Below are positions 19,363 through 29,103 of a DNA stretch of 64,000 nucleotides, piece after piece. Under the pieces are notes generated by a model. That model made no database searches, was not told the origin of the DNA, and was given only the letters and a program-made list of their open reading frames with translations. Source of the DNA: Candidatus Iainarchaeum sp. GTDB taxonomy: Archaea; Iainarchaeota; Iainarchaeia; Iainarchaeales; GCA-2688035. The translations under genes and the position numbers were made by a program. The first letter of the stretch is position 1. The number at the start of each line of letters is the position of its first letter. The stretch spans positions 1 through 64,000 of the forward strand of contig JAFCCL010000008.1 in assembly GCA_017610205.1 (NCBI GenBank), in the 5' to 3' direction.

Positions 19363-19647
19363 ATGCCTCGTCGCGTAGCAGGTTTTTTTGATAAAGTTGT
19401 AAAAGCGGTTCCAATCCTGCTTGCAAAACTTGGTACTATCTTAATGCTTATTTTTACTATTGGAATGGTTGTCGGTTACCTTGTCTTTGTAATGGGATTA
19501 ACCCCTGTAATTTTTCTTATTCCGATTGTTGCAATGTTTGTAATGTGGTACAGGCTTGACGAAGGCGTACTTCTATTAGTTCTTTTAGCATTGCTTGTTA
19601 TCTTCTTTCCAGAGCTCTTCAACAACCTTTTTTCATTCCTTCTCTAA
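19363..19647 (+). CDS. Small membrane protein
   Basis: Three hydrophobic segments. Confidence 0.7.
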   Translation: MPRRVAGFFDKVVKAVPILLAKLGTILMLIFTIGMVVGYLVFVMGLTPVIFLIPIVAMFVMWYRLDEGVLLLVLLALLVIFFPELFNNLFSFLL

Positions 19648-19697
19648 GGCCTGCTTTTGAAAGCATTTAACTTTCTTTCTTTTCTCCTAGTTTTACA

Positions 19698-20078
19698 ATG
19701 CGCTACACTTTCTCCACCTCTTGGACTGCCAAATCAAGAAAAATAGCAAAAGCTATCGAATTTGACCACATCTGCCTTGAAAGAATTGCCTGTGTTGAAA
19801 GCAACGGCACAAAAACACGCAGGGTTATTGCCAGAATTCACACTCTTGGGAAAGTAATGCAGCTTGGCATGCAGCAAAAACCATTTTACGTAATAGAACT
19901 AATTTCAGAACAGTTTAACCGCCAAAGCCAGCAAGATCAGATAAAAACAATAATTCACGAACTAATGCACATACCACACGGCTTTGGCGGCGGCTTCAGG
20001 CACCACAAGCCATATGTAAACAAAAAAACAGTTGAAAAAGAATTCAAAAAACTGCTGGATACAGATTTTGAATTCTAA
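19698..20078 (+). CDS. Putative HEXXH metallopeptidase
   Basis: ARIH..YVIELISEQF..IIHELMHIP..GGFRHH. Confidence 0.8.
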   Translation: MRYTFSTSWTAKSRKIAKAIEFDHICLERIACVESNGTKTRRVIARIHTLGKVMQLGMQQKPFYVIELISEQFNRQSQQDQIKTIIHELMHIPHGFGGGFRHHKPYVNKKTVEKEFKKLLDTDFEF

Positions 20079-20130
20079 AAAAAAATAGAAGAAAGGCACA
20101 GTTCTAATACAAGACTGAATTAAAGCAAAA

Positions 20131-20430
20131 TTACTCTAAAACAGTTAATGTGCCAAATTTTCCAGCGCTAACCTGTTTATTTCCCTGGAATTCAGAACAC
20201 CAGCCTTTTTCAATCTTTATCTTTGTTCCATCCTCAACCTTGGCAATTTCATCATTCCACAATGAAACAGTTACTTCGTCGCCTGCTGCGTCTTTTGCTG
20301 CTGCAGAACAAACCTTTCCAGAACCTCTATCGTTTGCAAATTCTCTGACTTCGCCTTTGCTGACAATTTCAAGTTCTATTTCGTCAACAGCTGATCTTGC
20401 TTTTAATTCACTTACTTTCAAATAAAACAC
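20131..20430 (-). CDS. ssb: Single OB-fold ssDNA-binding protein
   Basis: G.VREF..GKV..D..V.VSLWND..G.KIKI..GW..EFQG..Q.S.GKFG. Confidence 0.85.
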   Translation of the reverse strand: MFYLKVSELKARSAVDEIELEIVSKGEVREFANDRGSGKVCSAAAKDAAGDEVTVSLWNDEIAKVEDGTKIKIEKGWCSEFQGNKQVSAGKFGTLTVLE

Positions 20431-20606
20431 CCCTGTTTTGATTTTGTTTTAAAAACACGAAAACAACCCAAGTCCCCAACAAGTGCGAAAAGGATATTTT
20501 CCTGTTTTAATTAATTATATATTGGCATAATAGAATTTAAATACCTTCCACAACCAAATTTCCGCTGAAAATAACTCCCCCAAAACAATATTTTTCCAAG
20601 CCTATC

Positions 20607-20780
20607 TTTATCCCTTCCCAAAAAAAATTTAATCTTGTTCCCAAAAAATTTAATCCTAATCCAAAAAAATTCAAATCACCCTGAAAAAAATTCAACCCAT
20701 CTCCAAAAAAACCAACCCCTCAAAAAAATCCAATCCTGCCCAAAAAAAAACAAAATCATTCAAAAACTGAATTCGCTTCA
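20607..20780. repeat. Degenerate ~20-21-bp A-tract tandem array
   Basis: About 8 CCAAAAAAATT(T/C)AATC-like units, almost no G on + strand. Confidence 0.65.
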
Positions 20781-21268
20781 AACCCCATTACACCAAAAGA
20801 AACCTATCTTATACATAACCCTTTTCCTGTTTTTCCAACAAAAAAATTTTCCGAAAAAATTCCTGTTTGTGTTTTGGCCTTTTTAGCCCCCAAAACCCCT
20901 AACTACAAGCCCTTACAAAGCACATAAACCGAAAAATGGTTTGCTTTGCAGAGTTTGGTTTGAAAAGAAGTTTAGTAAGGAAACTGTTTTTTCCTATTTT
21001 GCTTTGGTTTTCATTTTGCCTACTTTCTGAGGACAGAGCGGCTTTTCTGTCTTGGTTTCCTGCAAAAAATTTTTTGCACACCATGCTGTCTTCATGCGTC
21101 AAATTTTTTCAAGGAAATTTCCCTTTTTTCCCAATTTTTTCACAGGTCAGATTTTCGTTTTTTTCTGGAAGAAAAAACAATGCTTGAAAAAACTCTTTCC
21201 AGTGAAAAAGTCAAAGAAAAACAGGCTAAAACCCGTCTTCTACATAACAGGTCTTGCTTAGTTTATAG

Positions 21269-21445
21269 ATGGAAATAAGTTTTGGTTCTACTTCCACTGT
21301 CCTTCATGGCAAAATTCTAATTGGTTTGTCAGAGAGCGAGCTGAACGACCTGGTTAAAGGGGTTGGGTTTACAAAAACGTACACTGAACTAAAGCCCTGG
21401 GGTTGGAAACCAGTAACAGATTTCTATTTTAGATTTGAAAAATAA
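21269..21445 (+). pseudogene. 58-aa ORF, probable C-terminal gene fragment
   Basis: MEISFG..LSESELNDLVKGVGFTKTY..FYFRFEK; starts about 20 bp after CTTCTACATAAC. Confidence 0.45.
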
Positions 21446-21509
21446 TATTTCTGACATTAGTTGAGTGTAGCGCGCAATTAAAAACCCCTTTTCATTAAAT
21501 TCTTTTGTT

Positions 21510-22427
21510 ATGGGTTTTAAAATTGCCAATGTTGAATTGAAGAACAAACTTGTTCTTGCTCCAATGTACAGGGTTACAGATTTGGCTTTTAGGCTGCTTT
21601 GCAGGGAGCAGGGAGCAGGACTTTGCTATTCTGAGATGATTAATTCAGAGGCCTTGATTAGGAACAATAAGGCAGCCCAGGCTCTTTCCCTTTCGTGCAC
21701 TGAGGACACGCCTCTTGCAATGCAGGTTTTTGGAGCAAGGGTTGAAAGCATGAAAAAGGCTGCTGAAATCCTTTGCAGGGAGCACGAGTTTGACTTTTTG
21801 GACTTAAACCTTGGCTGTCCCTCTGATAATGTGATTAATCAGGGAGCAGGCTCTGCTTTGCTCAAGCGCCCTAAGAGAATTGCTGAAATCATTTCTTCTT
21901 GGAAGTGTTTTGAAAAGCCTGTTACTGCCAAAATTCGTTCAGACCAGAATATTTTGCACACAATTAAGCTTGCAAAGGAAATTGAGCGCGCTGGAGCAAG
22001 CGCAATTGTAATTCATGCAAGGCCTGTAAAGCAGAAAAACAAGGGCTTGGTTGATTTTGTTGCAATTAAGCGCGTTAAGAAAGCTGTTGGGATCCCTGTT
22101 ATTGGAAACGGTGGCGTAAAAAACAAGGCTGGTTTTGAAAAAATGCTTGAAAAAACAGGCTGTGATGCTGTTATGGTTGGAACTGCTGCAATCGGAAACC
22201 CTGGAATTTTTGCCGAAATTTTGGGAAAAAAGCCAGTTGCCAGGGAGCAGGCATTTTTGAATTATCTTAAATTATCCCACAAGTTTGGCATTGACTCATA
22301 TTTTGGCAGAATGAAAATCCATGCAGTGAAGTTTTTTGAAGAAAATAAGGAAAAAGTGCTTTTGTTTCAAAAAACTAAAACCCTTGAAGAGCTTATTTCA
22401 ATTGCTGGTTCAAATAATCCCGGTTAA
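21510..22427 (+). CDS. dus: tRNA-dihydrouridine synthase (DusB-like)
   Basis: LAPM, YSEM, DLNLGCP, GAGSALL, AKIR, HAR, GNGGV. Confidence 0.93.
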   Translation: MGFKIANVELKNKLVLAPMYRVTDLAFRLLCREQGAGLCYSEMINSEALIRNNKAAQALSLSCTEDTPLAMQVFGARVESMKKAAEILCREHEFDFLDLNLGCPSDNVINQGAGSALLKRPKRIAEIISSWKCFEKPVTAKIRSDQNILHTIKLAKEIERAGASAIVIHARPVKQKNKGLVDFVAIKRVKKAVGIPVIGNGGVKNKAGFEKMLEKTGCDAVMVGTAAIGNPGIFAEILGKKPVAREQAFLNYLKLSHKFGIDSYFGRMKIHAVKFFEENKEKVLLFQKTKTLEELISIAGSNNPG

Positions 22428-22480
22428 TTTGCTAAGGAAATATTTTTATACACCAAAGTTCCTTATACTATTGAATTTTT

Positions 22481-23005
22481 ATGGCTTCAGAGAAAAAAAC
22501 AGCAAAGAAAAAAGCAAGTCCAAAGAAGGCAGTTAAAGCAAAACCAATAAAGGTTTTAAGGGGTAAAAAAACAAAAGATGTTAAAAGAAAGCAACCAAAA
22601 GGTAAATCAAAGGCTGTTAAACACAAGAAGGTAAAACACAACCCAGTTGCAACCAAAGCAAGCTTTGATGCAAAAACTGCTTCATTATATTCAGAACTAA
22701 GACTTGTTAGGCAAGCGCTTGATAAAAACGATTTAATGATTGTAAAAAAACTTGGTGAAAAAAACAAGCTTGAAAATTTTTTGAATTCCTTGCTTAAGAA
22801 AAATTTTGCTTCTGAAAAAAACATTCTGTTAGCCCTTAAAGCAAGTTCTGCCAAAAAGCAGACTGCTTTAAGAAAGGAAATTTCTTCCCTAAGTGCAATT
22901 AACAAGGTTTATGAGGAAAAAAAGGCAAGGATTGACCTTGCAAAGAAAAAACAATCCGCTTTGCAAAAACAGCTTAAGCTGCTTGAATCAAAGGCAGGTG
23001 CTTGA
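22481..23005 (+). CDS. Lysine-rich coiled-coil hypothetical protein
   Basis: Basic N-terminus, heptad-rich C-terminus; overlaps next gene. Confidence 0.7.
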   Translation: MASEKKTAKKKASPKKAVKAKPIKVLRGKKTKDVKRKQPKGKSKAVKHKKVKHNPVATKASFDAKTASLYSELRLVRQALDKNDLMIVKKLGEKNKLENFLNSLLKKNFASEKNILLALKASSAKKQTALRKEISSLSAINKVYEEKKARIDLAKKKQSALQKQLKLLESKAGA

Positions 23006-24267
23006 ATATGGCTAAAGAAAAAATTGAAGAGATTAAGAAGAAAGCAAACTTGCTTGAAAAGGAAATACTTAAAGCTGAAAAAAAATCCCTGACTCTTACA
23101 AGAAAAGCAATTTCTCTGGAAAACAGTCTTAATAACCTGCTTTCAACACAGGTTGCATCTGAAAAGGCAAAAATTGCAAAAGCAAAAGCTGATTCAAAAG
23201 CAACTGAAAAAAAACTTTTGGCAAAAGTCAACACCCTTAAAGCAAAAAGAAAAGTTTATAAGAAAAAGCGTGAAATGCTTAAACACGTTAAGGAAAAAAC
23301 CGCAAGAGTCAAATCAGAACTAAATTCTCTTGAATCAAACATACGCCAGGAAACAAAAGAACTTTACAAAATCGAAGCCTTCAAAAAAATAATTCAAAAA
23401 AAGCCAAAGGCTGTTGTTAAGCCAAAGGCTGTTGTTAAGCCAAAGGCTGTTGTTAAGCCAAAGGCTGTTGTTAAGCCAAAGGCTGTTGTTAAGCCAAAGC
23501 CAGTTCTTAAACCAAAGGCTACCAAACCAAAACCTTTGCAAAAACCAAAGCCAAAACTTGTTGTTAAACCAAAGCCAAAGCCTTTTGTTAAACCAAAGGC
23601 ATTTGTTATTCCGCCAGCGGCAAAAGAAGACCCTTCTTTCAAGTCAGAGGAAATGAAAGAAGCAAAATCTGAGAAAGCATTTCCCTGGAAGGAAGAGCCT
23701 AAAAAAATAGAAAAATCCAAGGAAGAAATAAAGGAAGAAATTCCCAAACCTTTTGAATCAATTGAAGAGCCTGCTCCAAAAGAAGAAAAATTAGAAGACT
23801 CTGTAAAAAAAGACAGGCCTTTGGAAGAGAAACCTGTGCGGCCTTTGAAAAAACAACTGTTTGGTGGAAAAAAAGAGAAAACTGATTTGTCTGCTAAAGA
23901 AGGATTTGAAGAGCCTCCAGTGGATTGGGGTGTAATGAATGATAAAAACACACCCTCTGAAAAAAAACCCTCTGTTGAAAAAAAACCACTTATTGAAGAG
24001 AAACCTTCTTTTGAAGAGAAACCTTCTTTTGAAGAGAAACCTTCTTTTGAAGAGAAACCTTCTTTTGAAGAGAAACCACCTACTAAAGAAAATTTAGGTC
24101 CCAAAGAGTCTGAAGAGAAACAACCTTGGTCTTCATTTGATGAAAAACCCAAAGTAGTTGGCATTGGTTCTGAAAAAGAACCAGTGGATTCAAGCCAGGG
24201 TAATACAAGAGAACAACCTCCATGGATTAAGAAAAAAGAAAAAAAGGAAGTTGATTCCGAAAACTAA
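23002..24267 (+). CDS. Low-complexity coiled-coil protein with KPKAVV x5 and EEKPSF x4 repeats
   Basis: 18-bp tandem repeats at 23401-23490 and 23995-24066. Confidence 0.75.
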   Translation: MNMAKEKIEEIKKKANLLEKEILKAEKKSLTLTRKAISLENSLNNLLSTQVASEKAKIAKAKADSKATEKKLLAKVNTLKAKRKVYKKKREMLKHVKEKTARVKSELNSLESNIRQETKELYKIEAFKKIIQKKPKAVVKPKAVVKPKAVVKPKAVVKPKAVVKPKPVLKPKATKPKPLQKPKPKLVVKPKPKPFVKPKAFVIPPAAKEDPSFKSEEMKEAKSEKAFPWKEEPKKIEKSKEEIKEEIPKPFESIEEPAPKEEKLEDSVKKDRPLEEKPVRPLKKQLFGGKKEKTDLSAKEGFEEPPVDWGVMNDKNTPSEKKPSVEKKPLIEEKPSFEEKPSFEEKPSFEEKPSFEEKPPTKENLGPKESEEKQPWSSFDEKPKVVGIGSEKEPVDSSQGNTREQPPWIKKKEKKEVDSEN

Positions 24268-24712
24268 ATTTTTGCTTTTTTCCCACTCAACCTTAAATAC
24301 TTTTTGTATATTCTTTTCTAAAATGCTTAGTGCAATTGTTTTGAATAATTTTTCAGGTGTTTTCAATGCCTGTTTGCGTTTGCACTGTAGGCTTTTGTGG
24401 CGTTATTGAATGCAATTATGTGGCCTAATTAACTAACCTTATTGTGTTAGGCTCCCTTTCCCAAACGCTTTTTTTTTATTTGTAAAATTGGTGTTAAGCC
24501 AGCAAAAACCACAGGCATAGTAAAAAAGGAGTTGAATTGAAATTGAATAAAACACTACTGATCGGAATTTCCGCGACATTTTCATTTATTTTATACAGTT
24601 TTATCTGGAAAAACGCTTTTCAAAAAGTTTTTGAAAATTTTTTGTTTGAAGCCTTTATCTTTGGCGGGGCAACAATTGCTGTGGCCAGCGTAATAATTGC
24701 AATGTCTCAACT

Positions 24713-25216
24713 TCATACATTGTTAAAATCCGGTTCAATTCCCTCTTTCTTCCAAAGGCACCCGCCTTCTTCCACTGCTTTTTTTTCGGCTTCTCGGAAA
24801 AGGCTTGCGAGGGAATTATCTGGTGCAAATTCAAACGCCCTTGCAAAACCATCTTCTGCAAGAACCAAATTTACAAAAAATCCATCAACATAGGCAAAGC
24901 GCACAAGTCTTCCATATTTGTCTCTGTTTGATTGGTCCTTGTACAACAAAACATCTTTGTTCAAAACAAGCTCTTGCAACCTGCTTTTTGCTTCTTCAAA
25001 GCAAAACTCGCCTTTTTCTGGAGTGTCAATTCCAATCAATCTAACTTTTTCTCCTCCTTTAAGTACAAATGTGTCTCCATCTATTACCCGTTCAACAACT
25101 CCTTTTTCCACTGCTTCAAATTTAAATCTCTTTGTTTTCTGTTCAAACAATTCGCCTTCTGGTCTTATACATCCAATTAACACAATTGCCAGCAAAAGCA
25201 AAAACAAGGCTTTCAT
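24713..25216 (-). CDS. Thermonuclease (SNase) lipoprotein
   Basis: LIGC lipobox; VIDGDT, VRLIGIDTPE, DKYGRL. Confidence 0.92.
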   Translation of the reverse strand: MKALFLLLLAIVLIGCIRPEGELFEQKTKRFKFEAVEKGVVERVIDGDTFVLKGGEKVRLIGIDTPEKGEFCFEEAKSRLQELVLNKDVLLYKDQSNRDKYGRLVRFAYVDGFFVNLVLAEDGFARAFEFAPDNSLASLFREAEKKAVEEGGCLWKKEGIEPDFNNV

Positions 25217-25549
25217 AATTCATATTTTGCCCTAAGCTGCTTTTTTAATCTTGCTTTAGTGCGCTAATTGTCGAAGAAAACAAGGGCTGTTTTTTTTATT
25301 ACTACTGGCAAAAGTTTTATTGCAAGTGCTGGCAGGAGTTTTTTTTTATTGGAAGTGCAGTGCTTGTTTTTGAAAAAAGAAGGTTTGTTTTTTTATACAA
25401 TGCTAACTCCGCCAGTTTCTTTTTCAAACCACGTTTTTCTCCATGTGCCTTAATTGAAATCCAAACCACCTGCTTCCAATATTATTCCTTTGCCGCAGGC
25501 GTTTGCTTAAATTCTTTTCGTTCTTTTTTTCTCTATAGAGTTGATTTGA

Positions 25550-25750
25550 ATGAAGTGTGCAAAATGCAAAAACCCCGCATCAAAGTATAACAAGCAGGGC
25601 TTTCCTGTATGTGCAAGGCATCTCAAGACAAAAATAAAGCCCCCAAAGTGCCCGAATTGTAAGCTTGAAATGGTTGTCAGAGAAGGCAAGTTTGGAAGAT
25701 TTTGGGGATGCCCTGCCTTTCCAATGTGTGACGGGCTTCGGGGCTTTTAA
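25550..25750 (+). CDS. Zinc-ribbon protein (topoisomerase C4-type finger)
   Basis: CPNC..M..REGKFGRFWGC..FPMC. Confidence 0.8.
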   Translation: MKCAKCKNPASKYNKQGFPVCARHLKTKIKPPKCPNCKLEMVVREGKFGRFWGCPAFPMCDGLRGF

Positions 25751-25751
25751 C

Positions 25752-25942
25752 GAATTCGTAACTGCTAACGGTTTTTCAATTTCTTGCAAAAACTAAAATG
25801 CTGAATTTGTGGTTTAACTTACAAAAGAACACAAAAACGAAAAAACAAAGCAGGATAGGATAAAAAAATAGGACACGATTAAATCAGCTATTAAACGCAT
25901 TACACGCCAATTCTCAGAGACTGTTAGCAGTTACACGAATTC
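25752..25942. repeat. attC-like long inverted repeat
   Basis: GTAACTGCTAAC (25758) / GTTAGCAGTTAC (25923) perfect 12 bp, extended by GAATTC outside and G:T pairs inside. Confidence 0.75.
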
Positions 25943-26010
25943 CTTTTCTTTGAAAAAATTAGTTTTTAATGCCTCTTTTAAAAAATAGTTTTTGGAAACA
26001 AAAACCAGTA

Positions 26011-26712
26011 TCAGCATATTTGTGTCCAAATACAGTTTAAGCCGGTTGTTAAAAGCGTGCATTCTTCACTTACTGAGTCTGGTGCAACTATTGGACATCT
26101 GACTTCGTTTCCCCAGCTTCCGTCTTCTTCAAGTTTGTAAAAACTTGACCCTGCTCCTTCAATTGAACTTACTGTTTTTGCATATTCTCCGCATACATAA
26201 ACAGCCGGTATATTTGGCTGTCCGCAGAATTCCTGGGCTTTGTATTCAATTGTTCCCTCTGACGGATGGCATTCTACTTTGTTGCATCCTGTTCCTTCTG
26301 CAAAAGACTGGCATTTTTCTGAAATGTATTCAGGGGCTACAATCGGACATTGTGTTGCTTCTCCCAATACTCCGTTTTCAACAGTATGGTATGTTGAACC
26401 TCTCCCAATAAGCGTGCTTACAATCCGTATATATTCGTCGCATGCAAATATTTCCGCAACGTTTTCCGTTGTGCAAAAACCTTCTGCAAGTTCTTCAGTG
26501 GTTTTTTCTTTGATGTCTTCGCATTCTTCTTCCCATGGTCTTAGGCATTTTTGTTTTGGTTCGCACCAGGTGTATCCTGCTGATGGTATGCATCCGTGTT
26601 CGTCTCTGTCTCCGCCTATTGGCGCAGGTGTTGGCGGCGGTTCTGGTTGAATGCATCCGCTTAGTAACAATGTTGCCACAACTAAAACTATTGAAAAATA
26701 AGTTATTTTCAT
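26011..26712 (-). CDS. Cys-rich lipoprotein
   Basis: LLSGC lipobox; GGDRDEHGCIPSAGYTWCEPKQKCLRPWEEEC; two CPIVAP domains. Confidence 0.85.
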   Translation of the reverse strand: MKITYFSIVLVVATLLLSGCIQPEPPPTPAPIGGDRDEHGCIPSAGYTWCEPKQKCLRPWEEECEDIKEKTTEELAEGFCTTENVAEIFACDEYIRIVSTLIGRGSTYHTVENGVLGEATQCPIVAPEYISEKCQSFAEGTGCNKVECHPSEGTIEYKAQEFCGQPNIPAVYVCGEYAKTVSSIEGAGSSFYKLEEDGSWGNEVRCPIVAPDSVSEECTLLTTGLNCIWTQIC

Positions 26713-26815
26713 TTTGTTTAGTTTATATCTAATGTAATATATATACCTTTCTTGGAGCAATTTGAAAAATTTGTCAGTATTATTTTATATTATTTTTTTG
26801 GCAAAGGAATTTATT

Positions 26816-27328
26816 TTATTCAATTAGGCAGTTTTCTTCATATGGTTTTATGCATTTTTGTTTTGGTTCGCACCATATTTCTGCTGCGTCTATATTGCAT
26901 CCGTCGCTGTCTAATACGTCAATTCCGTTGCATTCTTCTTCCAGTGTTTTTATGCATCTTTGTTCTGATTCGCACCATGTTTCACCATTTTCTGTACTGC
27001 ATCCGTATTCGTCTATTTCAATAGGGCATTCTTCTTCCCATGGTTTTATGCATTTTTGTTTTGGTTCGCACCATTCTTCATATTCTTCTATATTGCATCC
27101 ATATTTGTCTATTCCACTGGGGCATTCTTCTTCCCATGGTCTTAGGCATTTTTGTTTTGATTCACACCAGGTGTATCCTGCTGATGTAATACAGTCGCGT
27201 TCATTTTCTCCGTTGACTATTGGCCCTGATGGCAGTGTTGGCGGCGGTGTTGGTGGTTTTGGTTGAATGCATCCGCTTAGTAACACAATTGTCAGGATTA
27301 AAGCAACTGAGACATAGGCAATTTTCAT
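26816..27328 (-). CDS. Paralogous Cys-rich lipoprotein with four DxxGC..WCE.KQKC.KPWEE.C repeats
   Basis: Shares signal peptide and first repeat with its neighbour. Confidence 0.85.
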   Translation of the reverse strand: MKIAYVSVALILTIVLLSGCIQPKPPTPPPTLPSGPIVNGENERDCITSAGYTWCESKQKCLRPWEEECPSGIDKYGCNIEEYEEWCEPKQKCIKPWEEECPIEIDEYGCSTENGETWCESEQRCIKTLEEECNGIDVLDSDGCNIDAAEIWCEPKQKCIKPYEENCLIE

Positions 27329-27384
27329 TTTTATCTTTTAAAGTTCAAACTATTATATATATCTTTAACTCTTGTTTCTTGTCA

Positions 27385-27648
27385 ATGGCTTTTTATGTTT
27401 ACTTGCTTGAATGCTGTGACAAAAGTCTTTACTGTGGCTGGACAATTGATTTGAAAAAAAGACTCAAAAAGCATAATGAGGGAAAGGCAAGCAAGTACAC
27501 CAGTGTAAGGCTTCCTGTTAGGGCTGTTTTTTTTGAAAAAGTTAAAACAAAAAGCCTTGCATTGAAGCGAGAGTTTGAAATAAAATCTTTTTCCAGGAAA
27601 AAAAAGCTTGCGTTGATTGCAACAAGCCGTTTACCTGGAAAGAGTTAA
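27385..27648 (+). CDS. GIY-YIG nuclease (UPF0213)
   Basis: YVYLLEC.DKSLYCGWT.DLKKRL..HN.GKASKYT..ALKRE..IK. Confidence 0.9.
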   Translation: MAFYVYLLECCDKSLYCGWTIDLKKRLKKHNEGKASKYTSVRLPVRAVFFEKVKTKSLALKREFEIKSFSRKKKLALIATSRLPGKS

Positions 27649-27675
27649 ATACTTCTTTTGCATTCCTTCTTCTGT

Positions 27676-28297
27676 ATGCTAACAGAAAAGCATGGCGTGT
27701 CGTTTATTGCAACAAAGCGTTTTGAAGCATTGGTTGACGCAATATTTGGTGTGGCAATGACCTTGCTTGCTCTTTCAATTGCTGTTCCAGTGCTTGTTAG
27801 TGCATCTGATTCACTGCTTTTGCAGGGCCTTACAGGAATGTTTCACCAGTTTATAGTTTTTGCTTTTGCGTTTGTTTTGCTTGCAGCCTTTTGGTTTCAC
27901 AACCATAAGTTTTTCTCTTTGATTAAGAGTGCAGACTCAATTTTTTTCTGGATTAACATTTTTTTGGCTTATGTTAATAGCTCTTGTTCCGTTTTCAGCT
28001 TCGCTTACAGGCGCCTATGGTCTGCTTTCTATTGCCGCGGTTTTTTTCCATGTTAACATGCTTTTAATAGGTCTTTTGTTTTACCTGTCAGTTGCCTATG
28101 CAATAAGAAAGGGTTTTGTTGCGGATTCTTTGAAGGCAAGGCGCATAAAGCTTGATTCATTGTCCCTGCCGCTTGCAGCTATTTCAGCAATTATTTTTGC
28201 AATTTTTGCAGTTCCTAGGTGGAGTTATTTTATGTACCTTTTAACTTTTCCATTTGACTGGATAATTTCAAAACTTGACAAAGCATTTGGACATTAA
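27676..28297 (+). pseudogene. TMEM175-family K+ channel, split by a +1 T in T7 run (27959-27965)
   Basis: RFEALVDAIFGVAMTLL, FWFHNH, then WLMLIALVPFS in next frame. Confidence 0.8.
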
Positions 28298-28319
28298 ACC
28301 ATTCTTTTCCATAATCTTT

Positions 28320-29075
28320 TCATTCCTCTATTCTGTTAAAGGACCAGATTGCAATTGCAATGAATACAACTGTAAAAGCCGAGATTACTGCAAAGCATGT
28401 TGTAAAAGGAATGTCTGAATATCCAATCAAAATATGACGCAATCCATTTACTCCGTATGTTAATGGGTCAAACATTGATGCAACTCTTAGAATTTCCGGA
28501 GCAGTTGAAAGCGGAAACAATGCTCCACTTAGGAAAAACAACGGCATTATCAAAAAGTTCGTTATGATTTGAAAACCATGCATGTCCTCCATTTTTGACG
28601 CAATTGTAATTCCCAAAGAAACAAACATTACTGAAACCATAAACATGAACAAAAGCAGTAAGAGAACGCTTCCAATTTGGAAATTTACCCCTAAGAAAAA
28701 GGCAATTAGCATTATAATAATTCCCTGAAACATTGCAGTTGTTGCTCCTCCAAGCGCCTTTCCTATTACAATTGAAGCCCGGCTTACAGGCGCAACAAGT
28801 GTCTCTTTCAAAAACCCAAACTGCCTGTCCATCAAAACAACAATCCCTGAAAACATTGAGCCAAACATTAAAACCATTCCGATTATTCCGGGAGTAATAA
28901 ATTCCAGATAATTTCCTTCCATTGGAAGAATAAAAGCATTGCTTAATCCTGTTCCAAGAATTGCCAGAAAAAAGAACGGCATGCCAAGGCTTCCAATAAC
29001 ACGGCTTTTTGCCCTAAAAAATCTTATAAGCTCCCGCTTCCAAAGGGCGTAAATTGCTTCAATTTCACGATTCAT
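28320..29075 (-). CDS. ABC-2 type exporter permease
   Basis: DRQFGFLKETLVAPVSR, PLFFLSGALFP, PLTYGV. Confidence 0.92.
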   Translation of the reverse strand: MNREIEAIYALWKRELIRFFRAKSRVIGSLGMPFFFLAILGTGLSNAFILPMEGNYLEFITPGIIGMVLMFGSMFSGIVVLMDRQFGFLKETLVAPVSRASIVIGKALGGATTAMFQGIIIMLIAFFLGVNFQIGSVLLLLLFMFMVSVMFVSLGITIASKMEDMHGFQIITNFLIMPLFFLSGALFPLSTAPEILRVASMFDPLTYGVNGLRHILIGYSDIPFTTCFAVISAFTVVFIAIAIWSFNRIEE

Positions 29076-29103
29076 TACACTGCCACCTTGGCGCTTTTTT
29101 GGT

